Shown: positions 1 through 8,413 of the stretch, piece by piece
How the letters are laid out: the number at the start of each line of letters is the position of its first letter
Position numbering within the stretch: position 1 is the stretch's first letter
NCBI GenBank assembly: GCA_965248695.1
Contig: CBDFKD010000002.1
Location: 704,001 to 768,000 of the forward strand
Direction: 5' to 3'
Length of the DNA: 64,000 bases
DNA from: Acidobacteriota bacterium
GTDB lineage: Bacteria > Acidobacteriota > UBA890 > WLXD01
Position numbers and translations under genes: made by a program
Notes under the pieces: model-generated
The model's input: only the letters and a program-made list of their open reading frames with translations
What the model was told of the DNA's origin: nothing
The model's database searches: none

Positions 1-1401
1 GAGCTACGTCCGCAGCTGGGGCCACAGGAGGCGTTCCTAGCCTCGGATGCCGACATTGCGATCGCGGGCGGGGCGGCCGGTGGCGGCAAGACGTTCGCGC
101 TGCTGATGGAGCCGCTGTACCAGCTGGACAACCCGCACTTTGGCACCGTGATCTTCCGGCGCACGTACCCGCAGATCATGGGACAGGGGGCGCTGTGGGA
201 CGAGGCTGGGCAGATGTACCCGTTGCTCGGTGGCGAGGCGCGCGACTCAAGTGTCGAGTACCGCTTCCGCAGCGGCATGACGGTGAAGTTCGCCCACATG
301 CAGCATGAAAAGGACCGGCTGGCGTGGAAGGGGGCACAAATTCCGATGATCGGGTTTGACCAGCTGGAGGACTTCACCCAAGAGCAGTTCTGGTTTTTGC
401 TGTCGCGCAACCGCTCCGCACGCGCCGGCATTCGACCTTACGTGCGGGCCACGTGTAACCCGGTGCCGGAGGATGATCCGGTGGGCGGGTGGTTGAACCG
501 GTTCATCCGCTGGTGGATTGACCCAGAGACCGGCTATGCGATCCAGGAGCGCGCCGGAAAGGTGCGCTGGTTCGTGCGGCTGGCGGAGGAGCTGCACTGG
601 GCCGATACGCCCGACCAGCTGCACGAGCGCTTCCCTGAGCACGCTGCCACCGAGATCCGGCCGCGGTCAGTGACGTTCATCCCGGCCACGTTGGAGGATA
701 ACCCAGCGCTGGAGCGCGCCGACCCCGACTACCGCGCCAAGCTTATGGCGCTGCCGTTGGTGGAGAGGGAGCGGCTGCTCAAGGGCAACTGGCACATCAA
801 GGCAAAGGCTGGCCTGGTGTTCAACCGCGCCTGGTTGCGCGAGCTCCCGGCGATGCCGATTGACGTGGAGGGGTGGGTGCGTTACTGGGACAAGGCCGGC
901 ACGGTGGACAACCCATCGGCCGCCTACAGTGCGGGCGTGTTGATCGGCAACCGGCCCGACGGGTCCTTCGTGGTGGGGGATGTGGAGCGAGGCCAGTGGT
1001 CGGCCCTGGAGCGGGAGAGGGTGATTCGGCAGAAGGCCGAGGCCGACGCGAGCCTGCAGGCGCCGGTGGCGACGTGGGTGGAGCAGGAGCCCGGCTCTGG
1101 GGGCAAGGAGAGTGCCGAGAACACGGTGCGTCAGCTGGCCGGGTTCGACGTTCACAGCGAGCGAGCCACAGGTGACAAGCTGACGCGAGCGCAACCGTTC
1201 GCCGCACAGGTGGAGGCGGGGAACGTCTCCTACGTGCAGGGGCCATGGAACGAGCCGTACCTGCAAGAGATGCACCGCTTCGACGGCAAGGCCAAGCCCA
1301 TGGACCAGGTGGATGCATCCAGCGGTGCGTTCAACAGGCTGACGCTCCAGAAACCAAAGCCCCGAGCTCGGGCGCTCGGGAGACCCCTGGGGGCGCGGTA
1401 A
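1..1401 (+). CDS. Phage terminase large subunit (5'-partial)
   Basis: Frame is open from base 1 (ELRPQLGPQEAFLASDADIAIAGGAAGGGKT, Walker A); Walker B-like IGFDQLEDF; coupling motif ATCNP; C-terminal RNase H-like nuclease (RYWDKA, EQEPGSGG, DQVDA). Confidence 0.92.
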   Translation, partial: ELRPQLGPQEAFLASDADIAIAGGAAGGGKTFALLMEPLYQLDNPHFGTVIFRRTYPQIMGQGALWDEAGQMYPLLGGEARDSSVEYRFRSGMTVKFAHMQHEKDRLAWKGAQIPMIGFDQLEDFTQEQFWFLLSRNRSARAGIRPYVRATCNPVPEDDPVGGWLNRFIRWWIDPETGYAIQERAGKVRWFVRLAEELHWADTPDQLHERFPEHAATEIRPRSVTFIPATLEDNPALERADPDYRAKLMALPLVERERLLKGNWHIKAKAGLVFNRAWLRELPAMPIDVEGWVRYWDKAGTVDNPSAAYSAGVLIGNRPDGSFVVGDVERGQWSALERERVIRQKAEADASLQAPVATWVEQEPGSGGKESAENTVRQLAGFDVHSERATGDKLTRAQPFAAQVEAGNVSYVQGPWNEPYLQEMHRFDGKAKPMDQVDASSGAFNRLTLQKPKPRARALGRPLGAR

Positions 1402-1598
1402 TGACCGAGACCTTCCTGACCGTCTTGGAGGCTGCCGATCGCTACCATATCGCCGTGAATACGCTGTATCGGTGGATCGACAAGGGTGTTATCGGACACG
1501 TCCGTGTCGGTCCTCGCCGCGGTGGCGGCAAGCGGAGGTACATCCGTATCATCGAGTCGGAGCTGGCGGACGTGATGGTGGCGGAGGAGCGACGTTAG
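1401..1598 (+). CDS. Excisionase/MerR-like helix-turn-helix protein
   Basis: ATG overlaps the terminase TAA; FLTVLEAADRYHIAVNTLYRWIDKG is an HTH_17-type motif. Confidence 0.75.
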   Translation: MTETFLTVLEAADRYHIAVNTLYRWIDKGVIGHVRVGPRRGGGKRRYIRIIESELADVMVAEERR

Positions 1599-1605
1599 CG
1601 ACCGC

Positions 1606-1917
1606 TTACACCTCCGCAAACTGATCGATGACTATGTCTCCCTCCGGGAACCGTGCCACGACTTGTAATTCACCCCCCATTGCTTCGATGTACCGGCGCA
1701 GTGTGCTGACGTAGGCATCAGTGCGCTTCTCCAGGGCGGAGACCGACGACTGGTCGCGCTCCATTAACTCCGCCATCGTTTCCTGCGTCAGCTCACGTGC
1801 CTTGCGCAGCTCGGCCAGCGGCATCGCGGCGATTTCTGCCAGCGCGCGCTCACGCACCGCTGCCTGCTGCTCTGGCGTTAGGTGCCGATCGAGAAGGTTC
1901 TGCCACTTCTTAGCCAT
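1606..1917 (-). CDS. XRE-family HTH antitoxin (HigA-like)
   Basis: LAELRKARELTQETMAELMERDQSSVSALEKRTD XRE HTH; STLRRYIEAMGGEL C-terminus; downstream of a RelE-like toxin. Confidence 0.88.
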   Translation of the reverse strand: MAKKWQNLLDRHLTPEQQAAVRERALAEIAAMPLAELRKARELTQETMAELMERDQSSVSALEKRTDAYVSTLRRYIEAMGGELQVVARFPEGDIVIDQFAEV

Positions 1918-2272
1918 TGTCGCCCTCCTGCGCGATCTCCGCGAGGTGCTCTTCGTACAGTTGGTCAGCGATAGGAATCATCCGCTCGTAGAAACCGCCG
2001 TCCCCAATCTTGGACCCGCCGATCAGCAGGATCGCCATCCGGCGAGAGTCGAACGCGAAGAACACGCGGATCTGGTTCCGCTTGACCCGCAGTTCCTTCA
2101 TGTTGGGGAATTGGCTGCCCTTCAGGGTGTCAGCATGCGGCCGATTCAGGCTGGGGCCGATGCGTTCGAGGATAGCGACTTTCTGGGCGATGTCCTCTTG
2201 CTCAGCAACTGATAGGCCAGCGAACCACTCGCTGAATTCGTTGGTGTGCTCGACCTCCCATCGCTTTTCCAC
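1910..2272 (-). CDS. RelE/ParE-family toxin (HigB/Gp49-like)
   Basis: GPSLNRPHADTLKGSQFPNMKELRV and RVFFAFDSRRMAILLIGGSK motifs; GTG start at 2272 chosen because it lies just downstream of a consensus promoter. Confidence 0.88.
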   Translation of the reverse strand: MEKRWEVEHTNEFSEWFAGLSVAEQEDIAQKVAILERIGPSLNRPHADTLKGSQFPNMKELRVKRNQIRVFFAFDSRRMAILLIGGSKIGDGGFYERMIPIADQLYEEHLAEIAQEGDNG

Positions 2273-2279
2273 ACCTGTA

Positions 2280-2308
2280 ATTATGGCTTTCACTAAATAT
2301 GTTGTCAA
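2280..2308 (-). promoter_or_regulatory. Sigma70 promoter of the toxin-antitoxin operon (probably leaderless mRNA)
   Basis: Minus strand TTGACA-N17-CATAAT, ending 7 nt upstream of the GTG start. Confidence 0.7.
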
Positions 2309-2370
2309 GACCATATAGGAGGTTTTCGGGTCATACACGGCAGGAGTGTTGAAAGCAGTTTCCGAACTCG

Positions 2371-2460
2371 GACCATCAGGAACCCTCAACTACCATCAGG
2401 AAACCCCAGGAACCATCAGGAAACCCCAGGAACCCCCAGGAACCCCCAGGAACCCCCAGC
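2371..2460. repeat. Tandem array of nine 10-bp units, consensus AACC(C/A)(C/T)CAGG
   Basis: gaccatcagg aaccctcaac taccatcagg aaaccccagg aaccatcagg aaaccccagg aacccccagg aacccccagg aacccccagc. Confidence 0.9.
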
Positions 2461-2521
2461 TCGGAACTACTTGGTGCTATCCACCTAGCATCGGGGCGAT
2501 GCGTATGCCTACCCTCGATCC

Positions 2522-2758
2522 GTGGGCAGCAACGGGGCAGCAACCTCTACCGATCCGACCGTCGACGCGGCAGCACTCCGCGTGGCCGCCTCCACGCTCG
2601 TGGAGCGCTACGAGTTTGCCTCTCGGCACGGACTGACGTTCCAGAATGCCCGCGATCTGGCCCGCGCCCTCGGCTACAAGCCAGAACTGGGGCCAGCCAG
2701 CCTCAGAGCCGAGTTGCTGTACGTTCGCATGCTGACCTCTTGGGAGTGCACCGTTTAA
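2522..2758 (+). pseudogene. N-terminal fragment of a phage portal protein (DUF1073-like)
   Basis: RYEFASRHGLTFQNARDLARALGY resembles portal N-termini; expected position after terL; ends after 78 aa where lower-GC DNA begins. Confidence 0.5.
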
Positions 2759-2847
2759 CTTGTTACCTGCAGAAAAGGTTCTTGCCTTACCGTGCAGACT
2801 GCGAATTATTGAAGCTTCCGAATCGTAGATAATTCTTGGTTCGCGAG

Positions 2848-4011
2848 TTACTCCTGCTTCATATGAACAATAGCGCTGACCTGAACGTTGTTTTCTGTGC
2901 GGCTAAACTGGAACCCGGAGGCAGTGCCGAGTGCCATGCGGTTCCGCTGTATCTGCATGTCCGCGTTCCGAGCCTCTTCCCAAGCTTCCATCTCCATGTC
3001 GAGAGCGATCCGGCGGGGCTTTCGCCACGCCGATAGGAGCTCGAACCCGCTGTGATAGCCGCGAGAGTTCTCGGAGTCTCTCTCCCGCTCGATATAAATA
3101 CGATTGACCGTGATTGAGACCTCGGTCTCGTCCGGGAGATATGAGTTGATGCGCAGCATCAGCACGTTGTCATCTTCAACGCTCCACTCAAAGTCGAGCC
3201 GATCAAAGTCGTACTGATCTGTCACAAAGCCGGCATCGTTCCCCGCAGAAACAGTCATCTCCTCCGTTAGACGACCGCGCTCGGCAGGCGAGACCTCCAC
3301 GCGAAGTGCCTTACGTAGATTCTCTAAGCCGTTTCTTGCGTAGCTCGCCAGCATTCGATCCGTGCTCTTTAGCAGAGGACGCAGATGCTTGCGAGCCTTG
3401 CGGGCGAAAGTGACAGCATCGTCACTGTCCCAGACCGGAGTCGGATGCTCCTTGAGCATCATCGCCGCGCGGAGAAAAGAGACTCCGACAAAAAAATGAA
3501 CCTCGTCTATGAAGTCGGCCGCTGGATGCTCGCGTAAGAATTGCTCATATTGACGGGCTTGCCCGAGGGGGACCTGTGGATCCTCCCCGTCGTACTCGTA
3601 AGGAGGAGCTTCCCGGACCATCTTGCGCCACTTGAATAACGCCATATACTGACCGTTCGGAAACTCGGACAGATAATCATCGATAAGGCTTAGCGGCTCA
3701 TCGTGTCTATCTGGTGACAAGTACCGGTGGAATAACAGGGCAGCTTTATAGATCTCCTCGCGCGCTGGATGCTCTGGTATGGCGTCCAAGATCCGTTGGG
3801 CTTCGGGAAGCAAGGCGCGCCATTTCTCGAGCATTTTGTTCGAATAGGGAGGCTTTTCCACCACGCGCTTTATTTCTGCCACGAGCTTCGTAAGAGCTTC
3901 TGAATCCTGATCAGCCGTTGCCTGAGCAAGCGCGAGCGTGGCGGCGAGAACGAGGCAGCTCAACACTGCTCGAACAGGCGTGGCGGACAACAGCTCTCGT
4001 AGGTTTGCCAC
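2848..4011 (-). CDS. Hypothetical exported protein with TPR/BamD-like helical repeats
   Basis: 387-aa ORF, hydrophobic signal peptide, YLSEFPNGQY and FLREHPAADFIDEVHF repeats; lower GC than flanks. Confidence 0.6.
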   Translation of the reverse strand: MANLRELLSATPVRAVLSCLVLAATLALAQATADQDSEALTKLVAEIKRVVEKPPYSNKMLEKWRALLPEAQRILDAIPEHPAREEIYKAALLFHRYLSPDRHDEPLSLIDDYLSEFPNGQYMALFKWRKMVREAPPYEYDGEDPQVPLGQARQYEQFLREHPAADFIDEVHFFVGVSFLRAAMMLKEHPTPVWDSDDAVTFARKARKHLRPLLKSTDRMLASYARNGLENLRKALRVEVSPAERGRLTEEMTVSAGNDAGFVTDQYDFDRLDFEWSVEDDNVLMLRINSYLPDETEVSITVNRIYIERERDSENSRGYHSGFELLSAWRKPRRIALDMEMEAWEEARNADMQIQRNRMALGTASGFQFSRTENNVQVSAIVHMKQE

Positions 4012-4042
4012 TACATCCTCCCTGTATGTAGTTGGTTTGTTC

Positions 4043-4282
4043 TCACGGTAGCGTCCTCGCCATCCACCTCACCTCGCCCACGAGCACCGCATCGTCAGGC
4101 CAGGGCTCATCGGTCCAGGTGGGGTTGTCGCTGACCAGCAGCCAGGTGTGGTCGGGGCCCTTGGCAGCGCGCTTCACCACCAACCCCTCGTCTTTGAGCT
4201 GTAAGGCGTAGATGTGGTTGGTGCAGGGCCGGCGAGCGGTGCGGTCCAGGAGGATCTTGCAACGACACCCATTGGGCGGCAA
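4043..4282 (-). pseudogene. C-terminal S24 peptidase domain of a CI/LexA-like phage repressor (fragment)
   Basis: IYAL..DEGLVVKR..LLVSDNP..LVGEVRW motifs; catalytic Ser region and HTH absent. Confidence 0.7.
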
Positions 4283-4343
4283 GCTGCTCGGCGGGTACCT
4301 GGCCAGTTTCGGTGTTCGTTCGTCGACCGCTTGCAGCGGTTAT

Positions 4344-5270
4344 TCATGGGTGTGTGTCTGGGATGCTCACGGGGTGCACCGGTTGGCCTTGGAGCCGGTC
4401 AGGTTTTCCCAGCGCTCGACAGCCGGCCAGCACACACGGCTCCACGAGCTTGGTCGGGAAGGTGGCGAAGTGCGCTTCGGGAAACGCATCTTTGCCGCTA
4501 TTCGAGATGGTCCAGACCGAGCGCAGGTTCGCACCTTGCTTGACTTTGCCGCCGCGGTGACAAGGGCGCTGCGGCCTAGCAGTCGGATTGGCCCCGTGAT
4601 AGTTCGGCGAATTTGCCCACCCAGAGATGTTGGATTTTCGCCACCTGCCATCAACCAAATCGCTCCGCGTCTCCGGGCGATATAGCGTTCGAACCGCGTC
4701 AGCGTCGTAGTAGTACCGAGCGGACTTCGACAGCAGGAAGACGTACTCGTGGGCCTTTGTGGGCCGATCGGTGACCGACTCGGGCATCGGGTTCGGCTTT
4801 GCCCAGAGGATGTCCGAGCGCAGCCACCAGCCATCCGCTTGCAGCGCGAAGGCGATGCGCCAGGGCATGCCGATCAAGTCCTTCGGCTTGAGCCCCGGTG
4901 TGCGCTCCATGCTTCCAGTGAGGTTCCTGATCTGCGCTGCCTTCACTTGGTTCGCGCTCAGAGCGGAGACATTCGGCGCGTGCTTGCCAGCGTGCTCTCG
5001 TGATTGGGCACCACACGAGCCCGCATAGCAGTCCCCCATGTTGAGCCACAGCGTGCCGTCGCTCCGCAGCACTCGGCGGACCTCTCGGAACATCGCCACC
5101 ATCTTGGCGACGTACTCGTCGAGTGTTGCTTCGAGCCCGACCTGGCCGTCAGTCCCGTAGTCACGGAGCCCCCAGTAGGGCGGCGAGGTCACGACGCAGT
5201 GGACCGACTCGTCCGGTAGCTGGGCGAGGCCCTCCAGCACGTCGGCACAGATCAGCCGGAAGTGCCTCAT
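4344..5270 (-). pseudogene. Phage N4/N6 DNA methyltransferase (beta class), C-terminally truncated
   Basis: VVTSPPYWGLRDY catalytic motif, WAKPNPMPESVTDRPTKAHEY, HFATFP; the expected C-terminal DPFxGSGT SAM-binding motif is missing. Confidence 0.8.
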
Positions 5271-5419
5271 GCGATGCGCTCTAGGGCCAGCAGCTCGTCG
5301 AGACGATCCTCGACCTCTGCCCGTGTGATCTCCGGGTTTCCCTCGTAGCTGGCCGCGTAGTACCCGGCCACGTAGGGCTTGAACCACTCGGCGTGCTCGA
5401 AGATGTACGGGCGCTCCAT
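5267..5419 (-). CDS. Small hypothetical phage protein
   Basis: 50-aa ORF MERPYIFEHAEWF..., stop overlaps the methyltransferase ATG. Confidence 0.45.
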   Translation of the reverse strand: MERPYIFEHAEWFKPYVAGYYAASYEGNPEITRAEVEDRLDELLALERIA

Positions 5420-5597
5420 CACGACGCTGCTTCCTCCAGGAGCCGCGCTAGCGCCTCCTCTAGCTCCTCGCCGCTCACAAGTTGAGAGGGGTCTTCTTCG
5501 ATGGCCGCCAATTGCTCGCGGGCGATCTCGGCATCTCTCCATTCCTTCCTCGTTGCCTCGCTTCACGATGCCCTCCCGAGCCAGAGCCCGAAATCGG

Positions 5598-5682
5598 CTG
5601 GTACCGATTTGGTACCGTTTTCAACCCTCAAAGGGGGGTCTAGAGGGGTCTAAACTCCCTGTAAGTCGTTGAATCTACGTAG
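5598..5682. mobile_element. Probable end (att site region) of the integrated element
   Basis: GGTACCG direct repeat (GGTACCGATTTGGTACCG), GGGGTCTA repeat and TAAGTCGTTGAATCT motif at the junction between phage genes and a truncated host gene. Confidence 0.45.
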
Positions 5683-6526
5683 ATCGGTGATCAACTACAA
5701 CACCGTCTCCCCCGGCTACATGGACATGGTCGGGGTGGGCCTGATCGCGGGCCGCCAACTCCGCGACAGCGACACCGGCGCCACGCCTGATGTGGTGATC
5801 CTGAACGCCACGGCCGCCGAGCAGCTATGGCCCGGCGCGGACGCTGTAGGTCGCAACGTGATCATCCGTGATCGCAGCGGCACAGAGCGTGTCGCCGCCG
5901 TCGTCGGTGTGGCGGGGAACACTGTCTATCGGCGCCTCGGTGAGCAGCCAATGCCGTTCATGTACCTGCCGCAGTCGCAGTGGTACCGGCCTGACATGGT
6001 GCTCCACGCACGTTCCCGCAGCTCCACACGCGACGTCGTCGCCGCACTTGTCGAGGAGGCCCGCGCAGCCGATCCTGAAGTGCCGGTCGAAGCGAACCGG
6101 ATGATCGATGAGATGGCCTTCGCGCTCATCGTCGTTCGTGTCCTCGGTGCGGTGCTGACCGCGGCTGGCGTCGTCGGGCTGTTGCTCTCGACCATCGGTG
6201 TGTTCGGCACGGTCGCCTACGCCACCGAGCGGCGGCGCCACGAGATCGGGATACGCGTCGCACTCGGGGCCGACAGGAGCGGTGTGCGCCGGCTCGTCCT
6301 CGCACAGGGCTGGCGGCTGACGTTGATCGGGCTCGCGATCGGGCTCACGAGCGCCGCGTTTGCGGCGCAGCTGATCGGCGCATTTCTCTACGGCGTGGCA
6401 CCGACCGACCCGCTGACATTCGCCGGGATCGCCGTAAGCCTCGTCGCGGTCAGCCTCGTCGCGAGCTGGGTGCCGGCTCAGCGAGCCCTGCGACTCGACC
6501 CGGCCGCCGTGCTGCACGGCGATTGA
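5683..6526 (+). pseudogene. C-terminal part of a MacB/FtsX (ADOP-type) ABC transporter permease
   Basis: VSPGY, VVGVAGN, RRRHEIGIRVALGA, FLYGVAPTDP, WVPAQRALRLDP motifs; the N-terminal portion is missing. Confidence 0.85.
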
Positions 6527-6669
6527 CGCGCTCTCCGCCGGATATCGTCGGATCGAGGCGCGTCGCGAGGTCTTACATGCTGCAGCCGTTACCTGATCAA
6601 CGGCCCTACTTGGTGAAGTTTCTTGTACGCCTATCGGAAATCATGCGCTCGCCTACTTAGTGTCCGTAT

Positions 6670-7068
6670 GTGAAGAGCATTCCAGCTGTGGCAGATACGC
6701 TGTATGTGCATGGGGAGACTGGAGTGGCGAGTCTATGGTGGCTGGGGGCCGGGGTGTATGTCCTCACGGTCGCGGGGTTGGTCTTGGCGCTGTACGCACC
6801 ATTTCAAGCGCCGGGATCGATTGCGTTCCGCGCAACCTTGGTGGCCATCGTCGCGGTGCTAACGACTGTCGCGGTCGGTGTGCCTGCAGCCCTGGCCGGT
6901 TACCGCTTCGGAGCGCGCAGGGCGTTCCAGCAGTTCATGGCTCGTGACTCCGACGAGTTGATTCGGCTTGCCGCTCGAGATCCGCTACTGTCCACGACAG
7001 AGCACGATCGAGCGGAGAATCCTCGGAAGCCAGAAACGCCAGGGCCTTCTTTAGTTCCGCCAAACTGA
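6670..7068 (+). CDS. Hypothetical membrane protein
   Basis: 132 aa with two hydrophobic segments; overlaps the convergent XRE gene by about 130 bp. Confidence 0.4.
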   Translation: MKSIPAVADTLYVHGETGVASLWWLGAGVYVLTVAGLVLALYAPFQAPGSIAFRATLVAIVAVLTTVAVGVPAALAGYRFGARRAFQQFMARDSDELIRLAARDPLLSTTEHDRAENPRKPETPGPSLVPPN

Positions 7069-7321
7069 GACGGCTGCCGACCAGCTTCATCACCTGCGCC
7101 GCCAGCACCAAGCGCTGGGTTTCTTCCCCTTCGAGATCCAGCGCCTCGCTAATATCCTCTGCCACTTGCAGAGAGGGCATGGCCGTCCCGCCCTCGATGC
7201 GGGATAGATAGGACGCGGTCTTGCCAATGCGCTCGGCGAGCTGTCGTTGATCTAGCCCCGCCGCCTGGCGCGCGGATGTTATGTGTTGCCCGAGTGATCG
7301 GAGTAGTGCTCGTTCAGCCAT
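6935..7321 (-). CDS. XRE-family transcriptional regulator
   Basis: LGQHITSARQAAGLDQRQLAERIGKTASYLSRIEGGTAMPS HTH; ATG at 7321 with GAGG upstream. Confidence 0.8.
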   Translation of the reverse strand: MAERALLRSLGQHITSARQAAGLDQRQLAERIGKTASYLSRIEGGTAMPSLQVAEDISEALDLEGEETQRLVLAAQVMKLVGSRLSLAELKKALAFLASEDSPLDRALSWTVADLERQAESTRRSHEP

Positions 7322-7543
7322 AACCTCGCCATCGTTTGGTGAGAGCGGCTCTGCAAGCGTCCCTCCCGAGCCAAAAAGCGGGCGCCCAGATTCGGTCAAG
7401 AACTTACCAAACTTCAATTACGTGCGTACGTAGGCACGAAGGTATTACATGCCTGTGTAAGTAAGGTCGTTTTTGATATATCTATTATCGGACATCACAG
7501 GTCACCACCGGACACTAAAAACTAGAGTTGAGGACGGATAGAC

Positions 7544-7918
7544 ATGGTGAACAAAAAGAAGCTCCTGGGCATTTTCTCGGTTAGTTTCGGCCTTGTTGTC
7601 GCCCTGTGTTGGATAGCTATAGCTGCCCTTACCGTACAAAACACAATCGCGGTGCCGGTGATGATCGAATCCCTTGAAGAACGCGCAACACGCATGTGTC
7701 GCGGCGCTGTGGTCAGCCACCTGGCACGCTCCGTCGCCCCGGAGGTGCCAAACGGCCAACTGCGCTTTCTTCCGGGTTTCGGGCTGGAAGTGCGGGGGCA
7801 GTTGGCCGCGACGAACTCGCTCGGAGAGTCGGTAGAGACGAGCTACGTGTGCCGGATCCGCAAGGACGCCGAGTCGCTTGTTCTACAGGAAGTGGAGATA
7901 ACGGAGCATTCGCTATGA
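7544..7918 (+). CDS. Hypothetical protein with N-terminal membrane anchor
   Basis: 124 aa, GAGGA upstream, single TM segment. Confidence 0.55.
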   Translation: MVNKKKLLGIFSVSFGLVVALCWIAIAALTVQNTIAVPVMIESLEERATRMCRGAVVSHLARSVAPEVPNGQLRFLPGFGLEVRGQLAATNSLGESVETSYVCRIRKDAESLVLQEVEITEHSL

Positions 7919-7970
7919 GCGCGGCAGTGCGCCGGTCCCGGTACCGTGAATGCCAGCAAGGAGGCACGGG

Positions 7971-8357
7971 ATGAGTATCTGCACGAGCCTGGCGGTTCGA
8001 CGCGCCTATCCCAGGATGGAAGTGCAAGTGCCCATCTGGATCGAGTCGGCCGACGACGATGAACCGATCTCCGGACTGACCCTGAACCTGTCCCGCAGCG
8101 GGGCTCTTGTGCGGTTGCAGCGTCCGGTGGTGATCGGGGCGCGCTACCTTATCCGAATCCTCGCGGCTCAACCACTCTGCCAGCCACACAGCACCGCTTG
8201 TCGGCGCTGTGGCGCGGTGCCCGTCCCGGACGTGTTGCCGGAGCAGTCTCGCTGGGCTGTCGCCCTCAGGCAGAGCGCCGGGGCAAACACGTACGCCGCC
8301 GCATTCGAGTTCGAGGCCCTGCTGGACCTGTTCGAAGAAAGGCAAAAGGCCGCCTAG
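7971..8357 (+). CDS. PilZ domain protein (c-di-GMP receptor)
   Basis: RRAYPR (RxxxR) and NLSRSG (D/NxSxxG) motifs; AAGGAGG RBS before ATG 7971. Confidence 0.8.
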   Translation: MSICTSLAVRRAYPRMEVQVPIWIESADDDEPISGLTLNLSRSGALVRLQRPVVIGARYLIRILAAQPLCQPHSTACRRCGAVPVPDVLPEQSRWAVALRQSAGANTYAAAFEFEALLDLFEERQKAA

Positions 8358-8413
8358 CCAGGGCCGACCTCATCGAACCGACGCCGGGCTACCGGGGGTC
8401 CCCCGGGGCGACG

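Noticed and set aside
2371-2460. Decamer array as a CRISPR or coding repeat
   Set aside because: No spacers, and a 10-bp period does not preserve a reading frame; the overlapping ORF 2346-2636 has no recognisable features.
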